This document shows, in pieces, positions 12,101 through 22,886 of a DNA stretch of 64,000 bases (the stretch's first letter is position 1; each line of letters starts with the position of its first letter). The stretch is taken from positions 186,001 to 250,000 of the forward strand of contig NW_020843442.1 of NCBI RefSeq assembly GCF_003704095.1, read 5' to 3'. The DNA is from Pocillopora damicornis (lineage: Eukaryota). The translations under genes were made by a program, and so were the position numbers. The notes below the pieces were generated by a model. That model did no database searches, was not told where the DNA came from, and saw only the letters and a program-made list of their open reading frames with translations.

Positions 12101-15100
12101 GCCACAGAAGATAAAACTTCGTCGCAAGCATTACTGAAGATCAACAAACTTTTGTCGAGCGGCCGATTACAATTATGTCAACCAAACGGTTATACCAGTC
12201 CTTGTGGGCCACCAGGCCCCCCTGGTCCACCTGGACCGAAAGGTAAGAGAGGGAGACCTGGGAAAAATGGAGACAAAGGTCGTGCGGGAGAACCTGGAAA
12301 GAGTGGAAAGCGAGGTATGACGGGCATCACTGGATTAAAGGGAAACACTGGACCCAGAGGAGAGAAAGGGGACATAGGAGCCACTGGAATGCCGGGAATG
12401 AAAGGGGAGCCCGGTGAATCAATTTCAGGACCTACTGTTGAAGTTTCTCCTCAAATTCGGACGGTGAACGAGACTGAATCAACGGTTTTCCAGTGCTCAG
12501 TCAGTGGTAATCCCAAGCCAAAAATGAAGTGGAACAGGCTGTTAAAGGGTTCGGAACTTGAGCAATCGACGGTTTCGGAAGGACGACTACAATTAAGGAA
12601 TATTAGAAGAGGTGATGCCGGCATGTATCGATGTTCAGCGGCAAACATCTTAGGACAGGCTCAGAAAACAGTACGACTGGTCGTGAATGGTATGTTTTTC
12701 GTGAATGGTCTGTTATACATCTTCAAGGCTTCATGAAAAAAAATTGTTCTTCCTTCGTTGTAAGCTTGATTAAGGATGTACTAAAATATACCACAAATGA
12801 TAAGTAAGGGTTTAAACCACCCACTGTGCACAGAAAAAAAAGCTTCGCCGAGCTGCACTTGTCGGATCTAATGCTACAGGTTTAGCACTCGGAAAGTGTC
12901 ATCAATGTCTGATACATCCAACACGTTATTAATTTGGGTCACTCAAATTATTAATGAACCGTTTGTGGGTAGGAAATAACTTATGTTCGCACATGATCAA
13001 TTTACAGTGTGCTTTTTTCTTCTTAGTTCGTCCACGTGTTTCCCTCAATCCTGGACCAATGTATGCCATTGAAGGAAGTAATATAACCCTTCCAATCTGT
13101 CGGGAGACAGGTCATCCACGGCCAGATATCAAATGGCTCAGACCGTTTGGTCAGTTACCACAAGGAAGAGTTCAGTTTGAAAACAAAAACAGCACACTGG
13201 CAATATTTGACGTTCGTCGCACTGACACTGACAACTATGTATGTGTGGCATCAAACCTTCTCGGTAGAGCTATGAAAAAAACTCTGCTGCTCGTGTTGTC
13301 TCTTCCAAAATTTATATTTAAACCACCCGAGAGAAAAACAGCATTTTCCGGGTTCAGTTTGAAGCTGAACTGCAGCGTAACTCGCAACGGGCACCCAGTG
13401 ATTAGCTGGAAAAGACAAGGCGCTCAACTTCCCGCGGGGAGAAGTTTTATTTCAAAGAAAGGACTGGTGATCGCAGATCTACGGCTTCAAGATGCTGGAA
13501 ACTATACTTGTATTGCTACAATAGCAGGAAAATTTTCCATTGAGACCTCTACTATCGTGGAAATAAAAGGTGATAAAAAGATGGCCGCACCTTTTGACCC
13601 ACCACAAAATGAACTATTAACTCAGAGTATCATCTAAAAGTAATGATCATATACAACTAACCATAGACTTAGTAAGGGCACGTTAATAACTGATGTACCA
13701 TATCAAAGTGTATTCTATATATCGTCAATATTCTGTGGTTTTGTTTGGAAACAAGTGAAACGTTTAGCAAAAGCTTTCGCTGTCCTCAAACTGGTAACTG
13801 ATGGGTCAAACATTTGTGCATAAGTCTCAGCATTATTTTAAAATAATTTTTCCTTGCCTTTTAAGAAAGCTGTGCTGTAGTCATAAAGACTGTTGGCACA
13901 CCTGTCCTTCATTACAGACGATCGACCGTACAAGGAGCTTGGATGAGAGACCCATTAGGAGTTATGGGTAAGAACAGTATATTCGTAATGGAGTCATATA
14001 ATCATAGAAATGTGGTTGAAGAATATGAAGACATGGCCAAGTTAAAGACAGGCGTGACTCGTAAGACGTACCAACTGCCTTATAACTGGCACGGGACGGG
14101 AGCAGTGGTATACGGGTCATACCTCTACTACAACAGGTCAGGTAACATTTTGGTTTTCGTCAACAAACTCACATGCGCGAGAAGCAAATATTCTAGCTAT
14201 TTCTATTTGCAAAGATTACAAATAGACGGATTATAGCAACACATTTTCGCAAAGTATTTTTTGATATTTTACCCGAAAATTCATAACTCTTTGAATTTCA
14301 TAATTCCAGAGGAACAGTTTTTAGTTGCAAATTTACAGTTAGATCGTACTGAGTAACTAAAAGAAGGTTTAGAACTTGATTGAAACTTAAAAGAAAAAAA
14401 GAATAAAAATGTATTTTATTTTCATAAATTATTCAGAGAATCTCAGATTTTTTGTGCTATGTTCCTTTGACCCCTAAGAGTGACCAGCATTTATTTTCCC
14501 CTAACAATATCACCCCTGAATCAAACATCACGGTCATGAGAATAAAGGAAATGATCACCATCTAAAAAAATTGCTGTTGATTATTACATAAATTCTCTTT
14601 GTCGGCACCTCTGGAAATGTATAAAGAACAGTATGGAGAATATGCATACTGATGTTAGGGTGTAAAGGGTTAATAGGCCCTTATTAAGCAAGAGAGGTAT
14701 AATTATTCAACTACTTACTTAAAGTGCTGAGAAATAAGAACTGATCGAGTTTTTCTTTCTCTCTCCGTTTGAAATCTCTTCCTCTTGTCAATACAGAAGA
14801 GGAACGTCCCACATCGACAGGTATAATCTGCAGACAGAGCGTCTTGAGGGCACAATAACATTGAGTGATTTCTCATTTACGTCCTACCAGTGGGGTGGAG
14901 GCAGTAGAGTGGACCTAGCAGTTGATGAGCATGGATTGTGGGTATTGTGGGGAAGTTCTAGTAACAACGGACGTCTGAACGCAGCAAAAATCGACGTAGA
15001 TAGCAACCGCATAACACGAACGTGGACCTTGAACACAGGTGAAACAGATATTGTAAAATCATTAGAAGCCTTCAAAAGGTCGCGACCAAAATTATTTGAC

Positions 15101-15835
15101 GTAATGTTCCTCATAACCTGTACTACAGTTATAAAATAATCACCTTCTGAAGACAGGAAGAAATTAGATTTGATGATTAGCGGACTTATTATCTCATCCA
15201 ATGAAGATTTAGTCAATTATTGATCTTAAAGAGGCCTTCTTGTAAATCACCCTTATTCCCAAGACAACCATTCGCCGTGCAACAAACATTAGTGTTGTTA
15301 CTGAAGCCCTCACCTAAAGCTTGATTGTCGTAAGCATACCAATATATAGATAAATAACTATCGTGTTTACCCTGGTGGAAAATCAAGACCCTAAGAAACT
15401 CGACATCTCCAAGAACAAAGATCTAGTGGAGAAGTTCCACTCATAGGTTTTTGAGTGAAATACCAGTGGGGTATTTCACTTAGAATCATACTCTGAAAAT
15501 TATTTTCTTATTTTGGTAAATGAAGGAGGCATCACTGACTTTCTGACTATTCATTTATCTAATGCCAGTCTTTCTCGTTTTTTACAGAACCAAAGGGCGA
15601 CATGGGCAATGCTTTTGTAGCCTGTGGAGTAATCTACTGTATTGACGAATATGACGATAATCCCACCACTATCAACTTTGCTTATGACACCAAGACAGGA
15701 AAACAGTGGAACCCGAACGTACAGTTTATAAACCGGTTTGACTACAACTCCATGGTGGACTATAACCCCAGAGAGAAAGTGCTGTACGCTTGGGACAATG
15801 GACGGTTCGTTACTTACTCCCTCACTTTTCAATAA
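9170..15835 (+). CDS. Gliomedin/colmedin-like protein: N-terminal TM anchor, furin site, collagen repeat, 3 Ig domains, olfactomedin domain; 6 exons, ~711 aa
   Basis: Exons 9170-9359, 12048-12689, 13027-13569, 13866-14136, 14797-15038, 15588-15835 sum to 2136 nt in frame. Seen: hydrophobic LSIISIASILFYCAGFL, RNKR, 24 Gly-X-Y triplets, three Ig C...W...DxGxYxC-type motifs, and OLF motifs GAWMRDP, WHGTGAVVYGSYLYYNR, DLAVDEHGLWV, GNAFVACGVIY, MVDYNPREKVLYAWDNG. Confidence 0.9.
10038..10450. repeat. Intronic repeat element with internal GCGAGCA(G/C) tandem units, probable non-autonomous transposon
   Basis: GCGAGCA recurs about 8 times at 10058-10190, including two ~30-bp units (ACTTxAGAAAAxxCAGATGGCGAGCAG). 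Boundaries approximate. Confidence 0.55.
11692..11766. repeat. Cluster of four ATCGCGCGAT palindromes
   Basis: TTATCGCGCGATAA, TTATCGCGCGATG, TCATCGCGCGATAA and TCATCGCGCGATAA are read directly, about 15-22 bp apart. Confidence 0.8.
14465..14672 (+). mobile_element. ~200-bp MITE-like dispersed repeat, family A (TTAACCC...GGGTTAA ends)
   Basis: Core CAATATCACCCCTGAATCAAACAT..AGGTCATGAGAATAAAGGAAATGATC...GAACAGTATGGAGAATATGCATACTGATGTTAGGGTGTAAAGGGTTAA. Related copies at ~5353-5565, 29530-29680, 32070-32267 and 61215-61346, and reversed at ~35535-35600, 48070-48230 and 62950-63125. Confidence 0.75.
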
Positions 15836-16783
15836 ACCGAAAAAGGAACAGGGAGCTTATAGGCACTCTCAGGTTGCTTTTAGGAGACATTTTTTGAAGA
15901 ATAAAATTACTTTGTTGTAGATCCATAGGCTGAAACTGTAAAAAGAGCTAGATTGACACATTGTCAATTGTGAATTAATTGCGCGATGTTTTCCGCTGGT
16001 AAATATTGGCTGCCCAGTGCCGTGAAACCTGCCACTTTGAAAAAAATGAACTTGTACTAGCATTATCTTTTAATCTGAAACTATGAAAGAGCATTACTGT
16101 AGCAAATTTGACTCAATTTTTGATAGTTGTATTTCCTGCTTTGAAAGTTATGTGTGTTTGAATTTTGAAATCATTGAATGGAAGTTTAGCAATGAGTCTT
16201 GGTCTTTTGAGTTAAGTTTCTCCATGACATAAAGAACTGAAAGAATTTAATAGCAGTTCTTTGTAAACTTGCAAAATTTAGTGTTGCTTATTTGGAAATA
16301 AACGAGGAGCAAAACTATTATCGTATTTGTAGGATAGGTATGACTAGAAAGCCAAGTGAACGGTAACTTCCAATTAACTCGCTAACTGGCAAATGAGTGT
16401 CGAATAATATGGCGTGACTTGGCGTGCGTGTAATTCAATAAACATTTTATGCATGTTTGAAGTGTTTTCTTTGAAAAAAGGTTACTTTCCAAAAACTGTA
16501 AGTATTATTACCAGCCAGTTAGACTAATATACCATCCAAATGTGGTAATGTGAAAAGCGAGGCATTTAGAGCTATTGAAACTTTAAAATTTGTACCAGAT
16601 CTCGCGGCGGGGCAAGAAGAGTTAGGCTACTGCCTCACTGTTTGTGACTAATGTTGCAAAAGAGCTTTCGAGCTGTGTTGATTTCAAGTAGGTTTTTTTA
16701 TTTTTTATCAAAACTTAGATTAGAAACATTGAGAACATTAAGTACATCCAGTAGAATTAGTTTACGATTGATCTCATAGAGCA

Positions 16784-17215
16784 CCCTCATTCCCAAGATA
16801 ACCATTCACCATGCAACAAACATTAGAATGCCAGTGTGGTATTTCACTCAGAATCATACTCTGAAATTATTTTCCTATTTGGGTACATGAAGGAGGCGTC
16901 ACCGTCTTTCTGACTGTTCATTCATTTAATGCTATTCTTTTCTTTCTCGTTTGTCACAGAACCAATGTACTCATTGGGCAATGCTTTCGTCGTCTGTGAA
17001 GTAATCTTCCGTATTGACAACTTCAGAAAAAATCCCATCACCATCAATTTTGCCTATTACACCAAGACAGAAAAACAGTGGAACCCGAACATACATTTTG
17101 TAAACCAGTATGACTATAGCTACAAGGTGGACTAAAACCTCACAGAGAGAAAGGGTGCAATGATTGGGACGATACGCGCCTTTTCACTTACCCTGTCTCT
17201 TTTGAGCGTGAAAAG
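16784..17215 (+). pseudogene. Degenerate duplicate of the last intron and last (olfactomedin) exon of the colmedin-like gene
   Basis: Intron blocks at ~15252-15292 and ~15462-15587 recur at 16784-16959 with the AG acceptor retained. The exon copy from 16960 reads EPMYSLGNAFVVCEVIFRIDNFRKNPITINFAYYTKTEKQWNPNIHFVNQYDYSYKVD then TAA (replacing TAT). A frameshifted WDDTRLFTYPVSF follows. Confidence 0.85.
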
Positions 17216-17341
17216 AAAATGAATTGCGAGGGTTGTGCCCGCCCGATGCTGCATGCCTGAGATGCTATAAAAAAGAATTACACTACTTTGCAGTTGATCT
17301 GGCGGAAAAACGGCAATTTTTAAAAAATTGCATAAGAAATG

Positions 17342-17370
17342 AGTTATAGTTATAGTTATAGTTATAGTTA
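17342..17370. repeat. (AGTTAT)n microsatellite
   Basis: About five hexamer units read directly. Confidence 0.8.
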
Positions 17371-17679
17371 ACTATAAACTGACTGCGCAACGTAGAACGA
17401 TTCTTTCTGACGACTGTATTGCCTTGAATACGAAATTTATTCTGTTAGATAATTATACCTTTTAACTTAAAACTTTGTTAAGGAATTTCTATGGCAAAGT
17501 TTATGGTATTTTTTCAAAATCATATATCATAGCAAAACAATTGGTCTAGTTCTTGGAGCTATTCATATTTACGTTTCTCCAGCAGATTTAAAACTTGAAC
17601 AATTTCTGAATTATAGTCTAATTCGAAACTACCGTATCCATGTGTGTAAGTAAAATTATTTACACCCAAGACTCTTTAG

Positions 17680-17910
17680 TTGCTGATCCAAGGAGTTTCA
17701 GGAAAGAGATCACATGTGAACCTCGTAATGACCTGGATAGTTCACCACTATTCAGTCTCAGTGACTCAGTGGTAGAGAATCGGCGCGCGGAATCCGAAGG
17801 TCTGAGGTTCGAATCCTCGTGGGGACTTCTTTGTCCAACGCTTGCGTTAGACGTAAAACAGCTTTCTCTCCTCATCACCTGGCTCAAAATTTACTATTTC
17901 TCCTATTCTA
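17680..17910 (+). mobile_element. tRNA-derived (SINE-like) dispersed repeat
   Basis: A box TGACTCAGTGG (~17762) and B box GGTTCGAATCC (~17806), with a non-canonical anticodon arm. A related copy lies on the minus strand at ~58250-58470. Confidence 0.75.
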
Positions 17911-18851
17911 GATCTTATATCTTCTATTCGAATGTTTTTTATCATTCTCAGTGTGTTTCCTTTTCAAGCTCTACTCGTTCCCTTCGCTATCACCTCTAAA
18001 TTTGTGCTAAACTAATTTTCGACCACAATTTTTGATCACAATTTTTCTTTTACATTTTTGTATTCTTGTTCGTGGCTAAGCGTACCTGGTGGAATAACAG
18101 ACTTTTAAAAATCGCTTCATTTTTCTTTCACGTTCGCTGATCAACATCCATCTTAGCGTCGATTTCTTTAACTTAGAACAGGCTAAGTCATCGGATCTCC
18201 AAGAGGGTTCCAACATTTACTGATGTTTTAATTGATATCATTCATATAACCTTTTATAGAAAAAAATCAAGTAGGAAAACGGGTTGAAAAGGCTCATCAG
18301 AACGCTAGTTTCTTCAACTGATCCAATCATAGGCTCTCTTCTTATTAAAATCACAGCCGAATAGTGTACTCAACAAAATTGGTGGGAAGGTGCCTGAAAT
18401 CAGAAAATTTCAAATTCGGTCGGAAGAGTATGAACAGCTCATTTCCTCCGTAGAATTTGTGAGTATAGTTACTTAAGAGAGAGGCTTTAACCTTGCAAAA
18501 ATTCCGCCCATAGAGCTCCTCTTATTCGGCGGTCACGACGAAAGAGACTTAGATTCTCTAATTACTAATATGATAGACAATCTTTCATTCCAAACTGCAT
18601 TGTCTTGTGAAAAAAAAAGAATGAATTTAGGTTTAAGTTCCTTACATAATTGATAGGCAAAAATTTTGCAGATTGGTGACCAAATCAACTCATAAACCAC
18701 GTACTGAACGCACGCTAAGCAAACTTTCGCCATTTTTGGCGGGTAATGTCAAGTTTGCAAAACTTGTGGAATATTGGGAAATGTTGTAATTGTATAATTT
18801 GGTTTTATCGACTGAGCTGATAAAGTAAATTGGCCCTGTAAAGAGTTGCTA

Positions 18852-18887
18852 AGCTGACGTTTCGAGCGTTAGCCCTTCTTCAGAGCG
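18852..18887 (-). ncRNA. Minimal type I hammerhead-ribozyme-like motif of a Penelope-associated repeat
   Basis: Minus strand reads GCT-CTGAAGA-A-GGGC-TAAC-GCTC-GAAA-CG-TC-AGC. This gives a CUGANGA box, stem II GGGC/GCUC, GAAA box, palindromic ACGU in place of stem III, a GUC cleavage triplet and stem I GCU/AGC. Confidence 0.6.
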
Positions 18888-19046
18888 TCTCCGTCCATAA
18901 AAACGCCAAAAAAGAAACTCGGTTAATATCCAGCCATCTCGACTTAACGCATGTAAATACTGTACGTCGTCTTATCTGCCATATTACATAACGTATGTTT
19001 TAGTTGTATCACAACTGTGGGCTCAGGAAATTAAACGAAAACAAAC

Positions 19047-21911
19047 ATGGCGGCCCGAACTTGCTCTGCAGTTTTCAGAATTAAATGTGGGTTAAGTTCA
19101 CCCCGAGTAGAGCATATTGCCAAGAGCTTTATACGTAGCAGGCATTTCTGTACCTCAGCAAAGGTAAGGAAAACTATCTTAAGTAGTTGCAGATCAATGT
19201 TACCGGAAAAAAATATATGCAGCTCAAGTGAATCAGCACTTTCGTCCAAGAATAACCAATATGTTATGTCTTTGATCATTTTCCACAAGAGTACTGTTGA
19301 TGAAGAAGAGATTGAGAAGCTAAGCCGGACAATAAGTGATTGGTGGAATCCAAATGGTGACTTTTCCGCTCTTCATTCTATGAATAAACTCCGAGTTCCT
19401 TTTATTAAAAGCTCTCTTGAGCATCTACTTGGGGAAAATGTCATCCCCTCAAAACCTCTGAAAGGTTTTAGAATACTGGATGTCGGCTGTGGAGGTGGAG
19501 TATTGTCTGAGGTAAGAGTTTTATGACCAGTTTATAAACTAGCAGTATAACTGATTTTTATTATACCTCTCCTGAGAAGATTCTCTATTTTAGCCTTGTA
19601 CTGAGTCAAAAGATCTCATAGGCTTGTACTGCTATGAAATCTTTGACTCAGGTATGTGTACCCGGTGCATTGATCAAGGCTATGTGTGCAAAAAAAATTA
19701 TGCATAAATTTAACTAGTTTGAAATCAATTTTATGGACACACCAAATGTTTCCAAATATGTACACTAAAAACCACCTCTTCCCATCAGACCTTCTAAGCT
19801 ATGACTAAGACCCAAGACCCCTTAACCTCAGAAAACTTAAACATTAAGACCTCATAGTAAAAGTAATCCTGGAATGCTGCAATTATTTCTTCCTATTTTT
19901 TCACTGAGACCTTAAGCATTGTAAGGGCTTTTCATTAATTAATAGACAAAAAAAGTTTCACATCCAATTTCATTTGAAAAGCTTATTTTACTTCTGTTAA
20001 TTTAGTTTAGTTGCTTGAACCATAAACTAGTTATTTAGATGTGGTTAGTCTCCAATCAACTCAAAGTGGTTTATTTATTTAGCCTTTGGCAAGACTAGGT
20101 GCAGAAGTGACAGGAGTTGATGCATCAGCATTCAATATACATGCTGCCTTGAGACATGCACAACATGATTTTAAGGTGGCCAGAAATGTGCAGTACAAAT
20201 GCATCACAGTAGAAGAGCTAGCTGATAAGGAACCAGAATCTTTTGACTGTGTTGTTGCTTCAGAAGTTATTGAACATGTAACAGATAAAGACACTTTTAT
20301 TTCTGCAAGCACACAGATGCTAAAGGTGCGTTTGTTAATTAGACATGAGGGAAGGTACATACATACATACATACATACATACATCTTTATTTAACAATGC
20401 AGGTTAGAAGGATTGGCAAGACCGAAGTCCTGATGTGGACCTGCCTAACTACAACTTAGAAACAATTACAATAAAATATATAATACAATTGGAAAAACTG
20501 AGTGAAATCTGTCTTGAACACAATCCTAATTTGATAATTAAATATATAACATTTCCAACCTTTAAACTTGTTCCATCTCTCTGGTATCCCATAATCATCG
20601 TGGTGTTATGTGTCATTAATTTCATGCAGATATACTATCTAGAGTGTATTTTGTACTCAGATTACTTGTGGTTAAACCAGTCAGCCCTAATTGAAAGGCT
20701 CAGAGCAAGAACGACCCATTGGGAGCTGAATCTGTACATATGGGGTACCAGAATTAAAGTTATTCAGAAAATAATGGAAAGAAAGAAATGTTTAATGTAG
20801 CAGAGCTATATTTGATGGAGTGCATGTCTCTGGTCCTACAAAAATTTTCTGGTGACCCAAGGTGCTAACATAGGGCCTTTAATTATTGGAAATATCATGT
20901 ACTGCAAGGTATTGAGTTCATAAATGGATCAAAACAGAAAATTGGTAGCATGGGATAGCTACAGAATTTAACTCTAAAAAAATTGAATGTTAGGTTTTAA
21001 ACAATTTATTTTATTTATTCAGCCAGGAGGTTCTCTAGTGATAACAACAATCAACCAGACAGTTTTCTCATATGCTGCAGCAATTGTAGGAGCAGAATAT
21101 CTTTTGAGATTAGTAAAACCTGGAACTCATGACTGGAACAAGTTTGTGACTGTTGACGACCTGGCAGATCTGATATCTCAAAGTATGTGATAAATTTTTA
21201 TTGCACAAATTCACCATACAGTGTTTCTAAACACAAGATAAACAGAAAATAGCAGAATGATCCTTAAAATGTCAGAACAAAGTAGCATTTTGTGTCAATT
21301 GCTCTTGTTCCACTGTAAAATAAGAAATCAAAAAACACCAAAACCTTTCATAAGTTACAAACAGGGTGCCTGTATCTGCAGGGCTAGTTTAATAAGCTTA
21401 AGAGGAGCCAAAAATCTGTCTTGCTTCCTGACATAAAAAAACTTTGCCTCACAAAAGCCCTAATTTTGGCTAATGCACCTACATTGTTATCTGAGCACGT
21501 TTCTGTGCAAGCCACAACCTTAGTCAAGTTCTGTTGAAACACAAAACACCCTTCTCTTGTAATGTTGCATTTTTCCATGCCATTTGATTTTCTCATTACT
21601 TTCATTGACATTGAGGGGGAAAGGTAGCGATGTTTCATCAATTGCGACAAGGATTGTAGCCCCATTGTTCCTTAGCTTCACATCATGTAGATACTTCTCT
21701 CACATTCATTTTATTTCTTCATATCATTTTGATTTGCACAGATGGTGCAGAAGTTATGGATGTAAAAGGAATGTTCTTCATGCCAGTGTTTAACAAATGG
21801 TGCTGGATTGAGGATACAAGTGTTAACTTTGCCTTGAGTGCCATGAAACCTGACCAAATCTTCCCTGAGACGACATCGGAAGAAAACCCATCAAATGAGT
21901 CTGAAACCTGA
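19047..21911 (+). CDS. COQ3: Ubiquinone biosynthesis O-methyltransferase, mitochondrial, 4 exons, ~345 aa
   Basis: Exons 19047-19511, 20083-20325, 21023-21182, 21742-21911 (1038 nt). Seen: Arg/Ser-rich presequence, STVDEEEIEK, WWNPNGDFSALHSMNKLRVPFI, SAM motif [61 protein letters not shown]. Confidence 0.95.
20356..20383. repeat. (TACA)n microsatellite in COQ3 intron 2
   Basis: Seven TACA units read directly. Confidence 0.85.
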
Positions 21912-22886
21912 TTGTTAATTGTGAAGTTAACTATTTAGAATTGTAAATAAAGTATTATTTGATTAGTTGACCATTCTGTCTTTTTGCAAGCCTCTCAGTC
22001 TAAGTAGAAGTTTCTTTTCTCAAAAAAATAATCAATTATATGGTGACTCTAAAAGCCATTAAACCTTGAAATTCAAATGACTGACATCTGCACAGGCCAA
22101 AAGATAATTACTGTACATCTGACCTATCTCTCACAAGAAACTAATCACTGCCTACTTTCTAGGCTTCACTGAAAAATAATTACTGTGGAGGATTGGGAGA
22201 TAGCCATACAGTCACGGAACACTCTGCTAATGCTAATTATGGTCTCTGCAGTTACTTTTTGATCTCATCATGTTATTACCTCTGGGAGGAGAATTTGATG
22301 CTAGAAGAGGCCAAATAATGGCTGTAGTGAAGTCTTACCGAGTCAAGGAATGACTCAGGAAAAGAAAACTGAAATTTTATTACAGCTCTGTTTGTATGTG
22401 CACTATGATTGGATGATTTAGCAGGCCTTGGTTCACTGTACCACCTACTAAAACTCAAATTAAAGTTTCTTGGTATTGAAATCTTCCCCTCTATGTGAAC
22501 CCAGAGATATAAGAAGTATCTTACTAATTATGTTCTCTCAGTCTGTGCTGGATTATCACATTTTTCCACTCAGATTTATAAAAACAAATTTGTTCTGTAA
22601 TTTATAGTGCAGACCTTAATCTTGGTTAGTGCAAGGTATTTATGAATGACAACAGCAAGAGTAGAAGGAAACATTGTATTTTAATTATGTCACTGATCAG
22701 ATAATTTATAACAGAGAATATATGCCTTTGATAAGGTACCCAGAATTTACTTGAGGAGGAGGATAAAACCAAACATGTTAAGAGTATTTATAAATATTTA
22801 TACAAAATTTTGATAAAAATAATGCCAAAATTGGTTTAATCATTCTCTTGTAATACAAACATTTTTAGCACTAGAGATATTTCTTG

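Noticed and set aside
12190-12648. Pro/Gly-rich minus-strand ORFs
   Set aside because: Antisense shadows of the collagen/Ig exon.
17761-17827. Functional tRNA gene
   Set aside because: A and B boxes are present, but the anticodon arm is non-canonical and the acceptor stem poor. It is embedded in a dispersed repeat with a second copy at ~58.3 kb.
18270-18305. Hammerhead core from CTGATGAG on the minus strand
   Set aside because: No stem II closing onto a GAAA box follows.
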